A stretch of DNA of 64,000 nt from Candidatus Bathyarchaeota archaeon (GCA_963767735.1 CAVYES010000005.1:320001-384000); one strand, 5' to 3'; shown: positions 10,077 through 20,992, numbered from the stretch's first letter. Numbers and translations: made by a program. Notes: generated by a model not told the origin, from the sequence alone.

Positions 10077-11348
10077 TTGAGTACAGAGAAAAAATCGTCT
10101 CTTGAACTATTCAGGCTAAGAAAAACACTCAACTCCCTAGCCAGCAAAGAGGGCAGCCACACGGAACTAATTACCGTTTATGTTCCGCCGGGCAAACAAA
10201 TCAGCGATGCATTGAATCTTCTGCGTAACGAATATGGAACAGCCAGCAACATCAAATCCAATGTTACACGCAAAAACGTTCTAGACGCCATCACTAAAGC
10301 TCAGCAGAAACTCAAGCTCTTCAAAGACCCAGGCGAAAAGGGCATAGTGATTTTTACAGGGGCTCTACTGCAGACTGGAGGTGCGCCAGGCACTGAACGC
10401 ATGGAATCCTACGTGATTGTTCCGCCTGAACCTATCAGAATTTTTCTTTACCGCTGCGATTCACGGTTCCACACTGAGTATCTGCAAGAGATGCTGCGGG
10501 AGAAAGAAACCTACGGCATCTTGCTGGTCGACGCCAACAACGCTACCATCGCAACGTTGCAGGGCAAACATGTGGAAATTGTCAGGCAAATGCATTCGGG
10601 TGTTACAGGGAAAACTAAGGCAGGTGGACAGTCAGCGCGGCGATATGAACGGCTGCGGGACATGCAGTTAAACGAGTATTTTACCCGTGTAGGCGCGCAT
10701 GCTAACGAAACTTTCCTGCCGATTGACACATTAAAAGGCATTATTTTGGGTGGTCCTGGACCGACAAAATATGATTTTGAGAAAGGCGGCTACTTGAATT
10801 ATCAGTTGAAGGACAAGATTTTGGATGTTGTTGACACGGCTTACGTGGAGGAGCAGGGCGTTAAAGAAGTGATAGATAAGGCGCCGGAGATCATGCGTAA
10901 AGTACGCTATATTGAAGAGAAAGAAATCATGCAGAAGTTCCTCTACGAAGTCGGCCATGACACAGGCATGATGACTTATGGTGAAGCCGAAGTGAGGCGC
11001 CTCTTGCAAGCAGGAGCTGTGCGCTTGCTCATCATGTCTGAGAGCTTAGATTTGGTCCGCGTCACCGTGAAATGCAGTGCTTGCGGCTACGAAGAACAAC
11101 AAACCCTCAAAAGCCAAGAAGTAACCAGTTTCGAGCAAAGTTTAGCGGGGAAACCATGCCCAAAATGCAGTGCGCCATCCCTGACTGTGCTGGAGAAAAA
11201 AGATGTCATAGATGATTTGGCAGAGCTGGCGGAAATGTCAAACACGGATGTAGAGATAATTTCGGGAGAAACTGAAGAGGGGCAGATGCTGAAGAACGCG
11301 TTTGGCGGCATCGCAGCAATGCTCAGATTCAAACAACAGCAAAGCTAA
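10077..11348 (+). CDS. prf1: Peptide chain release factor aRF1
   Basis: TASNIKS, YRCDSRF, GGQSARRY, FGGIAAMLRF; Zn-ribbon insert. Confidence 0.97.
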   Translation: MSTEKKSSLELFRLRKTLNSLASKEGSHTELITVYVPPGKQISDALNLLRNEYGTASNIKSNVTRKNVLDAITKAQQKLKLFKDPGEKGIVIFTGALLQTGGAPGTERMESYVIVPPEPIRIFLYRCDSRFHTEYLQEMLREKETYGILLVDANNATIATLQGKHVEIVRQMHSGVTGKTKAGGQSARRYERLRDMQLNEYFTRVGAHANETFLPIDTLKGIILGGPGPTKYDFEKGGYLNYQLKDKILDVVDTAYVEEQGVKEVIDKAPEIMRKVRYIEEKEIMQKFLYEVGHDTGMMTYGEAEVRRLLQAGAVRLLIMSESLDLVRVTVKCSACGYEEQQTLKSQEVTSFEQSLAGKPCPKCSAPSLTVLEKKDVIDDLAELAEMSNTDVEIISGETEEGQMLKNAFGGIAAMLRFKQQQS

Positions 11349-11636
11349 ACCTTGAGCAGCAGCTGTTTTTTTCTTGTGCAATTTGGTTGTAAAAATCAGG
11401 ATATAGCAAGAAGGTTCAAAAACCGATTCCATTTCCATCTCATGGTCATCAAACAATGTATCGGCAAAGACTCAAAGAATTGCTGATGACAAAATAACTG
11501 CGGTTTTGGGGTAAGGTGTTGGGGGTTTGCCCCTCTCCCTTGAACTACAATTCTTTCCACTTGTCTTAAGCGCTTTTTTTGTTTATAAGGGATATTTCGG
11601 TTTCTGATATATCAATACTTATTTACAATCAGTTAA

Positions 11637-11912
11637 TCATTTTATCTGCAAAAGCTGCTCTACTTGGCTTTTATTCATCGCCTTCACGAATAGTTGTTTC
11701 TGTTTTGAGGTGGCGCCGGAGGCAAGCTCAACTTTGGCGTGCAAAAGCTTGGAAAATTCCTTCAAAATTTCTTTGTTTACTTTGCCCTTAACTGGTTCCT
11801 CAGTGCAGTGGACGACAATTTCGATACCCTCAAATTCTATTCTAAATTTTGGGGAGTTCGGTTTGACGAAAATTGTGATGATGACGCCGTCTTTGATTTC
11901 GGTTATGGTCAT
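11637..11912 (-). CDS. UPF0235/DUF167 (YggU-like) protein
   Basis: VKPNS, PVKGKVN, GATSKQK; ATGA overlap with the topoisomerase stop. Confidence 0.85.
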   Translation of the reverse strand: MTITEIKDGVIITIFVKPNSPKFRIEFEGIEIVVHCTEEPVKGKVNKEILKEFSKLLHAKVELASGATSKQKQLFVKAMNKSQVEQLLQIK

Positions 11913-13576
11913 GCAGTTATGCACTCGGCTGCCTGAGGCTGCGCCTTGCCGCTTTGCAGTGCCCAGCTAAACTTGTTGCGCAATGTTTTGGGGTAGAATT
12001 TTTCGATGTCGAACTTTACTTTTTTTGCCCATTTCACGTAAGCTGTCGGGTCAATGTAGGATTTCAGCGAAGTGCCCAAGTTGTATTCTTTGGTTAGCTT
12101 TGTTAGTTCCAAATCCAACTTGGCCCGCTCTATTCGGGTCTGTAGGGACTCGGTCTTTTTGCCTTCAGCTTTTTTGATGGCAAGCTGCTGTTCAAGCGAT
12201 TTGGCGTTGGCCTCTTTTTTCTCCAGTCGCTGGTCAAATGTCGGAGGTACCTTTTTCTTGTGGTTTGCCACAACTGCAACTTCATAATTGGCTAGTTTTG
12301 CATAATAGGTTTTTTTGTAGTCTGGCGACTCCTTTGTCACTTTTTTCTCATCCACCGCTGCTTTGAGCGAGGTTTCAAGGGTGGTGGTACATTTCCAAGT
12401 ACGAAATACTTTGGCTGAGAGTTTCGGTATTTTCTCGGAGAGAAATCGAGCAACTTTTTTGGAGTCAACGCCTTCAAAAAGGTATTCTTTGCTTGTCTTC
12501 ATGTAGTTTTGAATGTTGCGAATAACTTCTTGGGGTGCTGGAAGCGTTTTATCCCATTCCACGCTGTCTTTGCCTAGAAAATGAAAGTTCAGTTGGTTTC
12601 CATCAATTTTTACGTGTTCCGCTCTAAGAGTGATGGCGCCTACGGTGTCTGCTTCGTCAGGGTCTTTTTCGTCGCCTACCCTCATGTTAACCGCAAAGAT
12701 TAGCCAAGCAACGGTGGCGACTTTACGTCTCTCTCCATCCTTCGAATCCAGATTCCTCTCAATGTGTTGCTCAATGGTTTTGATTTGTTTGCCTAAGGTT
12801 TCGGCTTTTTGAAACTTTTCTTTTTCGCGGTTCTGCTTGAGAAACGCGGTGTCGCTGAACCAGACGTACTTGATCTTGCCTGTGAGCTTATCTTTCCAGC
12901 TGGCAACGTACATTTTGTTTGGTTCCCAAACCGCGCCAGCCCATCCCTCTTTTTTCGCTTCTTCATCTGTTGTAGTTGATGCATTAAGAGTTATGTCGCC
13001 TTTGCCTGGACCATCCTTCCATTTGCCACGCTGCGGGTGGTCGCCGCGACCAGCAAAAAGGCATGATGGCTCAGAAGTCCAGTTAGCAATCTCCAGTTTT
13101 TGCCCATCAACTTCTGCGAAGCCAAATTTTTCTTTAAACTCTAACCGCTTGATTTTACGTTCTTCAGCTTGCTGTTTTTTGACTTCTTTAGCTAAGGCTT
13201 CTTTTTTTGCTTTTTCTATCTCTATGAAACTGCAAACTTGGCTGAAGTCAATTTCGTTAATTTGACCACCGCTGTTCTGAATCTGGGGTGGATGCTCAAT
13301 GTTCTGTAAGTATCTTGGGATAAATGCATCAAGGAAGCCGGATGACGGGTTTTCAGCTTTAAGCTGGTTGAGAAATTCTTTCATGAAATTGTGTTTGAAA
13401 ACTTTGTCCGGCGGCGAAACAGTTGACAAGGATTTTCTTACCCATGCGACCGCCATCTGCTCGCTTTTAGGCGTCAGCTTTACTGTTTGACCGTCGATTT
13501 TGACGCTGAATCCTTTGTAATCGTAAATTGGAACAAATATCCCGTTATGCTTTAAGGTTTTCATAACGTGTTTCAT
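11909..13576 (-). CDS. DNA topoisomerase IB (eukaryote-like, archaeal)
   Basis: LKHNG, FAGRGDHPQRGKWK, MRVGDEKD, DTVG, FLGKDSV, AKVFRT, ANH, SLKSYIDP (catalytic Tyr). Confidence 0.95.
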   Translation of the reverse strand: MKHVMKTLKHNGIFVPIYDYKGFSVKIDGQTVKLTPKSEQMAVAWVRKSLSTVSPPDKVFKHNFMKEFLNQLKAENPSSGFLDAFIPRYLQNIEHPPQIQNSGGQINEIDFSQVCSFIEIEKAKKEALAKEVKKQQAEERKIKRLEFKEKFGFAEVDGQKLEIANWTSEPSCLFAGRGDHPQRGKWKDGPGKGDITLNASTTTDEEAKKEGWAGAVWEPNKMYVASWKDKLTGKIKYVWFSDTAFLKQNREKEKFQKAETLGKQIKTIEQHIERNLDSKDGERRKVATVAWLIFAVNMRVGDEKDPDEADTVGAITLRAEHVKIDGNQLNFHFLGKDSVEWDKTLPAPQEVIRNIQNYMKTSKEYLFEGVDSKKVARFLSEKIPKLSAKVFRTWKCTTTLETSLKAAVDEKKVTKESPDYKKTYYAKLANYEVAVVANHKKKVPPTFDQRLEKKEANAKSLEQQLAIKKAEGKKTESLQTRIERAKLDLELTKLTKEYNLGTSLKSYIDPTAYVKWAKKVKFDIEKFYPKTLRNKFSWALQSGKAQPQAAECITA

Positions 13577-13758
13577 TAAGCTAAACCTCAATATTCCTGG
13601 CAAATGACTTTTGGTTTTAGTCTTTGCAATACATGCTTAAACATCGTTTTTTTGCTTTTCGGTTTTCAGACGGTGTTAAAGCTGCACTTTCCCATAACCG
13701 CTCACCGAAGCTTAAAAACTTAATGCGAAAAACGTCAAAGTTTTCTAGATAAAAGCAG

Positions 13759-14163
13759 CTACATTAGCGTCTTCTGCTTTCTCGCAGCCCGATCGCTTTG
13801 AAGCTTCCTGTAAACCGCCTCAACATTTTTCCTTTCCACGTACCCTTTGTGGGGGCGGAAACCGCCCGAGAAGCCGCCTGGAATATGCATCAGTTCATGA
13901 ATCAGAGTTCTCTCTTTATCTTCAGCTGACATTCTGTCGTAAATCTCCGAAATAACCTCGATGGTGTATGAGGGCGGGAGGTTTAGGACTCCTTGCCAAA
14001 TTCTGCCTAAACCGTGGATGCGTGCGATTGTGCGTCTGGCTTTGGAGCCTTTGCTTCTTACGCAGAAAACGAATTGTGGAACAACATGGTAGAACTCGCA
14101 TTCCTCTGCCAACTGGTCTACTTGCTTTTTGATTTCTGGGGCTTCAAAGTACTTAATCGGCGT
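13759..14163 (-). CDS. Putative HExxH metallopeptidase
   Basis: VRSKGS..IARIHG, LIHELMHIP, GGFRPH; frame open upstream to ACG-PIKYFEAPEIK. Confidence 0.8.
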   Translation of the reverse strand, partial: TPIKYFEAPEIKKQVDQLAEECEFYHVVPQFVFCVRSKGSKARRTIARIHGLGRIWQGVLNLPPSYTIEVISEIYDRMSAEDKERTLIHELMHIPGGFSGGFRPHKGYVERKNVEAVYRKLQSDRAARKQKTLM

Positions 14164-14217
14164 GGTCCTCTCTTCCTTGGCACTCTATAGTACGTTTAGG
14201 TTAAAAAGTTAAGTGTT

Positions 14218-15273
14218 TTAGCCGATTATTTTTTTCACATAGGGCATCTTCAGCAGCGGGTAAAGAATTAGGCAGGTTACTGCAAACACGATTATAGTCA
14301 TCACAGGAACCTCCAATATTGAAGGCAACGCGAAAATTTCAAGTCTCCAGCCTAGATAGGTTCCGATTAACTCGAGAATCATAACATGAAAGAGAAAGAT
14401 TGGCAACGTATTCTGGCTGACCCAATGCAGTGCACCATTAAACTTGGTGTGTCCCTCAAACCGGTTTGCTGGAACCGCGAGCAGCAGCAGGAATAGAGCG
14501 GCGGAGGCTATTATGGTTGGGAAGATTAGGTATTCATGGAAGAAGCCGTTTAGCTGGGGGTTGTATATGCTGACTGCCCAATCGCCGGCTACTGCGCAAA
14601 GTACCCCCAAAGTTAAGGTGGCGTATGGTACCCATGGCTTGACTTTAGTTTTTAGCAGGTAGACGCCAAGTAGGAAGTAGCCTATCCACCCTGAGAAAAC
14701 GAAGAGCAACGGGTTATAGTTGTAGCGGATGAACAGCTGAAGGTATGGTACGACGAAGCTGCCGACAACCCAAAGAATCAAAAAGTAGCCAAATCGTTGC
14801 ATGTCAATGTACTTCACCACTATCCGCAAAATAGGCGTTGCAAGGTAGAGCCCGATCAGCAAGTAGAGGAACCCAAGATGGTAGTATGAGCCTTCCATTA
14901 GCCCGTTAAAGACGCTTGCTACCGTGAAAGGGTACCCGTTGAAATAGTAGCCCCATGCAAAGTAGGCAGCTGTCCAAAAAATCATTGGAATGCCGATGCG
15001 CGCCCAACGCTTCTTAAAGAAAACGCTCAGCGGCTCGTCGCATTTGGCTGGGTCAAGCAGCAAAATGCCTGTAAGCATGATAAACAGCGGTACGCCAAAG
15101 TTTCCCGCGGCTCGGTAGGCGTCAATTGTCCACCAGTTCGCTACTGATGTAGGCGTCAAGGCACCGCTTATGTTATAGGAGACTGTGTTTGCGTGGACAA
15201 AAATAACCAGCAGCATAGCTAACGCTCGGATTAAATCTGCCGAGAAGTTAACTTCAGTTAGCTTGGACTGCAA
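14218..15273 (-). CDS. Acyltransferase family 3 (membrane O-acyltransferase)
   Basis: DLIRALAMLLVIFVH, VPLFIMLTG, KKRWARI, YHLGFLY, ~10 TM; start approximate. Confidence 0.88.
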   Translation of the reverse strand: MQSKLTEVNFSADLIRALAMLLVIFVHANTVSYNISGALTPTSVANWWTIDAYRAAGNFGVPLFIMLTGILLLDPAKCDEPLSVFFKKRWARIGIPMIFWTAAYFAWGYYFNGYPFTVASVFNGLMEGSYYHLGFLYLLIGLYLATPILRIVVKYIDMQRFGYFLILWVVGSFVVPYLQLFIRYNYNPLLFVFSGWIGYFLLGVYLLKTKVKPWVPYATLTLGVLCAVAGDWAVSIYNPQLNGFFHEYLIFPTIIASAALFLLLLAVPANRFEGHTKFNGALHWVSQNTLPIFLFHVMILELIGTYLGWRLEIFALPSILEVPVMTIIVFAVTCLILYPLLKMPYVKKIIG

Positions 15274-15440
15274 TTTTTCTTTTTGCTTCCCCCATGCCTT
15301 TTCTTCGTTGGGCGCCACTAATAAGATTAGTGAAAACAAAGGGGCAGAAACAGGAGTTTTGTAAAGCAGCCAGTTTGCGGTAATTATGAAAAACTTTATA
15401 ACCGCGCCGAACGTTTGGATTCTAAAAAGGTAGAAGCAAA

Positions 15441-16364
15441 TTGAAATTCGGCACATACATGTTTGAAGCAAAAAAAGTTCCAGGCTTCGACTATGACCTT
15501 TTCCGCGTTAAACCAGAAGTAGGAAGACGATTACCTCCAAAACCTGACATGCATAGCAACATTGCGATTTTCGGAGACAACGTAACCGCACGAAACCACC
15601 CAGATTGGATCTCTCAATCAGATCTAGGTCCAGCATGGAGAACCAATGATAACTTCAACGTCAGATGGGACATTCTCTGTGCAACCCAACCTGAACACCG
15701 CGCAGAACAACTAGATTACATCGAAGATGTAGCACGCAAAAGCCCAGGCATCTGGCTAAACAGCATCCACTTCGCAGACCACGGACACTGCACATGCCCA
15801 CGCTGCAACGAACTCCACGCAAAAAGCGGCTTAAGCCGGTATGAATGGCGACGAAAAGAAATCACTGATTACATGGCATTAGTAAGCGAACGAGTACGCG
15901 ATAGAGCTAAGAGCAAATTTGTCATCGGTGTCCTTCCAGACCCAGTTACCAATTATGAACGCTTTGGCGTTAATTTTGATGACTTAGCCCCTCTGACAGA
16001 CGAATTTCTCGTCGTCATGTTCAGCAAAAACTACGCTACACCTTGGTATTGGGAAATGCTTACCCGCAACTTCAAGAAACTCTTCAAAGACGTAAAACTA
16101 AACATCGCACTGTACGTTATCGGACCCGGCGACGACCCAAGAGAAACACCAACCCCGAGCGAAATCTTAACAGTTTCAGTACGCATGGCAAGAGCAGGCG
16201 TAGACGGCATACTATACTTAACAGACAAAGCCTACCAGATGGTAGAATTCCAGAAAGCAATGATAGCACTAAAAGATACACGTGAACGCTTGAAGAGCTA
16301 CGGCGGCAAACAAGGCCAAGAAGTTCTTGACTTAGTTACCAGCTGGGAAAAGATCGTAGAATAA
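15441..16364 (+). CDS. Hypothetical TIM-barrel, glycoside-hydrolase-like protein with CxCxxC
   Basis: HPDW, GIWLNSIHF..CTCPRC pattern resembles GHL10/DUF187-like proteins. Confidence 0.55.
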   Translation: MKFGTYMFEAKKVPGFDYDLFRVKPEVGRRLPPKPDMHSNIAIFGDNVTARNHPDWISQSDLGPAWRTNDNFNVRWDILCATQPEHRAEQLDYIEDVARKSPGIWLNSIHFADHGHCTCPRCNELHAKSGLSRYEWRRKEITDYMALVSERVRDRAKSKFVIGVLPDPVTNYERFGVNFDDLAPLTDEFLVVMFSKNYATPWYWEMLTRNFKKLFKDVKLNIALYVIGPGDDPRETPTPSEILTVSVRMARAGVDGILYLTDKAYQMVEFQKAMIALKDTRERLKSYGGKQGQEVLDLVTSWEKIVE

Positions 16365-16595
16365 GCCCGACAATCCGACATTGCAGGCATGAGTGGTGAA
16401 AACCACTAGGCTGCTCTTTTTATTTATTTCAGTTAAAACTGTTCACTCGATAAATTATCGTAATCGCTTTAAACTTTGAATTTCGGGCAAAAACGTGGTT
16501 TAACATTAATAAAATCAAATTCTAAGCAAACACTATATACGAATCTTCATCTATGAAAAATCATAAAACAAATCAAAATAATTGAAGGCTGAGTT

Positions 16596-18131
16596 TTGAA
16601 TCCGAACGAGGATGAGAAATTTCCAACAGCTGACGTTGAAAGATTCGTTAACTGTTACGCTTTAGGTCGGGACAAATGCGAGGGGTCTTCCCATTTCTTG
16701 AGGATAAAAATTCCAAACGGGAGACTTACAGCTGAACAGTTTAGGGCAATAGCTGCTTTGTCTGAAAGATACGGCAGGGGATATGCTGAAATCACAGATA
16801 GACAGAACTTGCAGCTGCATTGGATTGAATCTGAAGATGCCTTGAGCATATTTTCAAAGTTGGAGGCAATCGGTTTCTCCACAGATCACGGCGGGCAGGG
16901 ATACTCCACTGCGCAACACGGCGATGTGCGAGCTATTGTGGGTTGCCCAGCGGCTGGAGTCGACAAATTTGAACTAACCGATGCTTCGCCTATAGTTACG
17001 AAACTAGACAGCTTCTTCAATGGCAATAGGGACTTTTTGGATCTGCCTAGAAAATTTAAAATTTCAGTATCAGGCTGCCAACTGAACTGTGTAAGCCCAG
17101 AAATTCACGACCTCTCCTTTGTGGCAGTAAAACAGCCCGCAGGAAAAGTAGGGTTCGCGGTATTAGTTGGGGGAACTATTGCTGCTGCGCCTCAACTTGC
17201 CCGCCCACTCAACGTACTGGTAAAACCTGACGAAATACTGGACATAACAAGGTGTACTGTTGAAATCTTTAGAGATTTTGGAAGCCGAGAAAGCAAAGCA
17301 AAAGCCCGTTTCAGATGGCTGGTTGACGCGTGGGGAACCGAGAAACTGAGAAAAACCATTGAAGAAAAGATGGGCCGAAGACTTGAAACATACCATCTGG
17401 AGCATTTACCAACCTGCAAGGGCGAACACGTGGGCGTTCAGCCGCAGAAGCAAGAAGGCTACTCGTACATCAGCATCCCCGTCTTGTGCGGTGTATTGTC
17501 AAGTGACAAAATGCTAAAGATCGCCCAAATCGCTGAGGAACACGGCGGCGGAGAGTTGCGGCTAACTCCGTTCCAAAACATAATATTCTCCAAGATCCAA
17601 AACGAATCCGTTGATCAAGTTCTAAAAACCCTCAAAGAAGAGGGATATTCCACGTCCAGTGCGAACCTGAAGTGGACAACTCTCGCGTGCGCCGGCAACT
17701 TTTGCGGCAAAACTCTTGATCACCCAAAAAAACGCGCGACAGAAGCAACAAATTACCTGGAAAGCCGCTTCGGAGAAGCCCTAAAGAACGAAAAGTTGCG
17801 CATCAGCTTTAGCGGTTGCCCAAACGGTTGCGCTCGACACCTAACCGCAGACATCGGATTGCAGGGTACACAGTTAACTTCTAAAGGAAAAACTTTACTT
17901 GGCTACAACATTTACGTCAGAGCAAACTGCGGATCAAATGTTGCACTCGGAAGACTAATCCAACGCGGGATCAACGCAGAAAAAGCCAAGTTTGCCATCG
18001 CCAACCTTATAGATGCCTACCTAAAGGATGGCGCAAACGCAAGCTTCAATGAATTCTGTAACGGAAAAACTGTTGAAGAACTGCAAGCTATCCTAAATTT
18101 TAATGGAGAGATTAAAAACAGTGCCAGTTAA
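16596..18131 (+). CDS. Siroheme/[4Fe-4S] nitrite/sulfite reductase
   Basis: RIKIPNGRL, ITDRQNLQLH, LPRKFKI.SGC, CAGNFC, SGCPNGCA, ADIGLQG. Confidence 0.92.
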   Translation: MNPNEDEKFPTADVERFVNCYALGRDKCEGSSHFLRIKIPNGRLTAEQFRAIAALSERYGRGYAEITDRQNLQLHWIESEDALSIFSKLEAIGFSTDHGGQGYSTAQHGDVRAIVGCPAAGVDKFELTDASPIVTKLDSFFNGNRDFLDLPRKFKISVSGCQLNCVSPEIHDLSFVAVKQPAGKVGFAVLVGGTIAAAPQLARPLNVLVKPDEILDITRCTVEIFRDFGSRESKAKARFRWLVDAWGTEKLRKTIEEKMGRRLETYHLEHLPTCKGEHVGVQPQKQEGYSYISIPVLCGVLSSDKMLKIAQIAEEHGGGELRLTPFQNIIFSKIQNESVDQVLKTLKEEGYSTSSANLKWTTLACAGNFCGKTLDHPKKRATEATNYLESRFGEALKNEKLRISFSGCPNGCARHLTADIGLQGTQLTSKGKTLLGYNIYVRANCGSNVALGRLIQRGINAEKAKFAIANLIDAYLKDGANASFNEFCNGKTVEELQAILNFNGEIKNSAS

Positions 18132-18378
18132 CTTGGTAAAAGTGAGCGAGCGAAATTACGCAATAGATGTGCGTGGTTACACGTGTCCTTTTCCCGAGAT
18201 TTACATGGCTAGAGCATTGGCGCAGATGTCGGCGGGTCAACTCTTGGAAGTGACGTCAGATAATCCGGCATCATGCGATGGAATCTCGTCAACCGCCAAA
18301 AAATCCCAAAGCGATGTCCGAGAAACAACAAAAATCAACATTTCCACTTGGAAAATCATAATACAAAAAAATGAATAG
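18121..18378 (+). CDS. tusA: TusA/SirA-family sulfur carrier
   Basis: IDVRGYTCPFP motif; overlaps the reductase end. Confidence 0.85.
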   Translation: MPVNLVKVSERNYAIDVRGYTCPFPEIYMARALAQMSAGQLLEVTSDNPASCDGISSTAKKSQSDVRETTKINISTWKIIIQKNE

Positions 18379-18444
18379 AGCCTGAAAAAGTTGAAGTGGC
18401 TAAGATAAAGCCGGGTGAGTTAGAGCATTAATTTACAAATTACT

Positions 18445-18891
18445 TTAATGTATGTAGTCTAGGGTTTTGTTTTCTGTTTCTCGGATTTCTTTCATGGATT
18501 CGTATTGTGCTTCGATTAGGATTTTGAGGGCGTCAATGTTCTTTTTTATGTCTTCTAGCTCCGCGTTTTTTAGAAGAACACCTGATTTTATGAGTTGGTC
18601 GTTGATGGTGCCAACTGTTACTTCAAGCACTTTTACTTTAAACGCGAATATCTGAAGTGTATAGAGCAAACTAAGCTGTGAGTTTAAGGCTTCTAACTGG
18701 TCTAAATAACGGGTTTTGCGAATAAACGCCTTGATTTTTTGCTCGTCAGAAGCCTGAGGTGACTGCATTATTTGGTCATAAACAGCCGATTGCTTCCAAG
18801 TCGCCTGTTTTGTGTCATCAGCAAGTTTCTGTATACGCTTAGCGGTTTTATCTAACATATCTAATACTTCATCCAAACGGTTCTCCCCCAA
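18445..18891 (-). CDS. Hypothetical coiled-coil protein
   Basis: 148-aa helical ORF with no recognised motif. Confidence 0.7.
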   Translation of the reverse strand: MGENRLDEVLDMLDKTAKRIQKLADDTKQATWKQSAVYDQIMQSPQASDEQKIKAFIRKTRYLDQLEALNSQLSLLYTLQIFAFKVKVLEVTVGTINDQLIKSGVLLKNAELEDIKKNIDALKILIEAQYESMKEIRETENKTLDYIH

Positions 18892-19036
18892 ATTAACGTC
18901 AATGTACTTTCATGAAACTGTAACAACCATTATATATAATTTTAAACTTAAACACAAACAAGGCTTCTTTGAAAATTTTTCGAGAATCTGCTTTATCTTT
19001 AACCGCCTAAATTCGCCTGGTGCCTCAAGCATCTTA

Positions 19037-19366
19037 CTATTTGTGTTCAAGCAAGATGGATGTTCCCTCAACTTTGACGGTGTAGGCAGTTTCGTTGTTG
19101 ATTTTAGGATGCATGAAGAGCACTTTTGGAGGAGAAACCACTTTGCCGTTTGTTACGTCAAATTGTGCTTTATGCTTGGAGCAAGTTACAATGTTTCCCT
19201 GCAGTGTCCCCTTTGAAAGGTTTCCGCGTTCATGAGAGCAGACGTTTCCAATAGCGTAGTACACGCCATTTACGTTTGCAAGCAAAATTTCTTCAGCCCC
19301 AAATTTAACGGCTTTCATTTGCCCAGCCGATATCTCTGTGGTTTCAGCGACTTTTTCAAAAACCAT
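19037..19366 (-). CDS. Rieske [2Fe-2S] ferredoxin
   Basis: CSH...CSKH motif; GAGGTGG RBS. Confidence 0.92.
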   Translation of the reverse strand: MVFEKVAETTEISAGQMKAVKFGAEEILLANVNGVYYAIGNVCSHERGNLSKGTLQGNIVTCSKHKAQFDVTNGKVVSPPKVLFMHPKINNETAYTVKVEGTSILLEHK

Positions 19367-19398
19367 TTTTCCACCTCATCTTTCACATAATTCGTTCA

Positions 19399-20031
19399 TT
19401 AGTTGCTTATTGCGGGTGCTTGTCGCAGATATTTGGTGTCTTCTATTTGCTTGAGCATAAAGTCCGCGATGTCTGCACGCCTTATCTGTGTTCCAACTTC
19501 TTCTGAGCCAACGTAGCCTACTTTGACTTTTCCAGATTTCGGCTTATTATTTAGAATTGCCAACCGCACAATCGTCCAGTCAAGATCTGAGGCACGCACG
19601 GTTTCGGCGACGCTGACGATGTCTTCATAAGCGGCATGCATAGTGGTTTTTACAAGGTTCACCATGGCTCTGGTTCTGAAGTCCGGTTTGTCGCCTGCGT
19701 CTTTGGCGCTCAACGTCGATGTCATGATTAGTCTGCGCACACCTTGGTTCTTCATGGCTGCAATAATGTTCTGCATTCCCTGTGTTAGCGGCTTGTCTTT
19801 TGAGCCTCCCCGCGGACCCAACGCACTAAGAACCGCATCGGCCCCTTTAACGGCGGTTTCAACTAACGCAGGGTTAGACAGTTCACCCTGAATAACCGTT
19901 AGATGCTCACTACTGATGTTGAGCTTGGAGGGGTTGCGAGCATAGGCGACAACGTCATATCCCGCTGCCAGTGCCTGCTCAACAATTTGTTTGCCGGTTC
20001 CGCCGCTTGGTCCAAAAACTGTAATTCTCAT
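19399..20031 (-). CDS. NAD(P)H-binding flavin reductase / BVR-B-like atypical SDR
   Basis: FGPSGGTG, LDWTIVR, IRRADIADFML. Confidence 0.9.
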   Translation of the reverse strand: MRITVFGPSGGTGKQIVEQALAAGYDVVAYARNPSKLNISSEHLTVIQGELSNPALVETAVKGADAVLSALGPRGGSKDKPLTQGMQNIIAAMKNQGVRRLIMTSTLSAKDAGDKPDFRTRAMVNLVKTTMHAAYEDIVSVAETVRASDLDWTIVRLAILNNKPKSGKVKVGYVGSEEVGTQIRRADIADFMLKQIEDTKYLRQAPAISN

Positions 20032-20310
20032 CTACTCATCTCACTTAAAGCATCTGTTACTATGCTGTTACATTTGAGTTGCAATTCCAAATCAACATAT
20101 ATAATCGGAATATTTATAATTTGTTCAAATATATCGGAACGGATTATATGCTATAAAACTCAGTTGAGTTTTCTTGGCTCTCAGGGCGCAGGGAAATAGA
20201 ATTTTAAACTTCTCCCTTTTCTTCGCTAAGCACATAATTTTTTTAGTAAAATTTTTTTGACTAACCATCTTAAAAGAATCCGTTGATTAGTTGTAAATGG
20301 TGAATTAGCT

Positions 20311-20826
20311 TTGGATAAAGAGTCGCCAAATGAAAGCTTGGAAGAATCAATCTTTAAGACTTTAAGTCACCAGACCCGCCGAGATATTCTCAGGGTCATC
20401 GGCGAACAGAAACAAGCGTCATTTACCCAAATAAAAAACAGCGTCAAAGTTGAAGACAGCGCCTCGTTATCATACCACCTAAACACTCTCCAACCTCTTA
20501 TTACCCAAAAAAGCGGAAAGTATGTTTTGTCTTAGCTTGGGCAAGACGCTTATGCCTTAATCAATAAAACAACGGTTTACACAGAATCAAATTCAACGCT
20601 GAATTTTTTGAGAACCAAAATCCCATTGGTTATTGTTGCAAATGCTGTTCTTTGGCCATTGGCTCTGCTTTTGACCACCTACTTTGAAGGCGGGTCGGTG
20701 ATATATTCCATTATAATTTTTGTTGCCCTATGGTACGTCAGCCACCTTATTCTGAATTCGCTCTTGCGAAAGCTGAAGGTAAAACCGTGCCTAATGCGAA
20801 ACAGAAATTTAGCAAATAACTTTTAG
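20311..20826 (+). pseudogene. ArsR-like winged-HTH regulator with two C-terminal TM helices, interrupted by an in-frame TAG
   Basis: ORFs 20311-20535 and 20608-20826 share a frame; read-through gives KYVLS*LGQDAYALI. Confidence 0.8.
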
Positions 20827-20992
20827 TTTGGATTTAGCCGGCGGTTTTTAGTTAATGTTAGTTGCGGTTAAGTTTTTGTGCTTAACTGACGGTGTTGTTT
20901 TAATTTTGTTGTTTTGTTGTTACCAGCGGTTTTGCTGCCATTTTTGATCAGTTTATTTTGGGTTGCTTTTTTGGTTTAGACTTTAAATTAAA

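Noticed and set aside
11909-13576. Eukaryote-like topoisomerase IB as a novelty
   Set aside because: Already known from Thaumarchaeota and related TACK lineages; used only as a taxonomic clue.
20533-20535. Pyrrolysine read-through of TAG
   Set aside because: Other genes here end normally with TAG (e.g. 18378, 34482), no pyl genes are visible, and a GAG>TAG change explains it.
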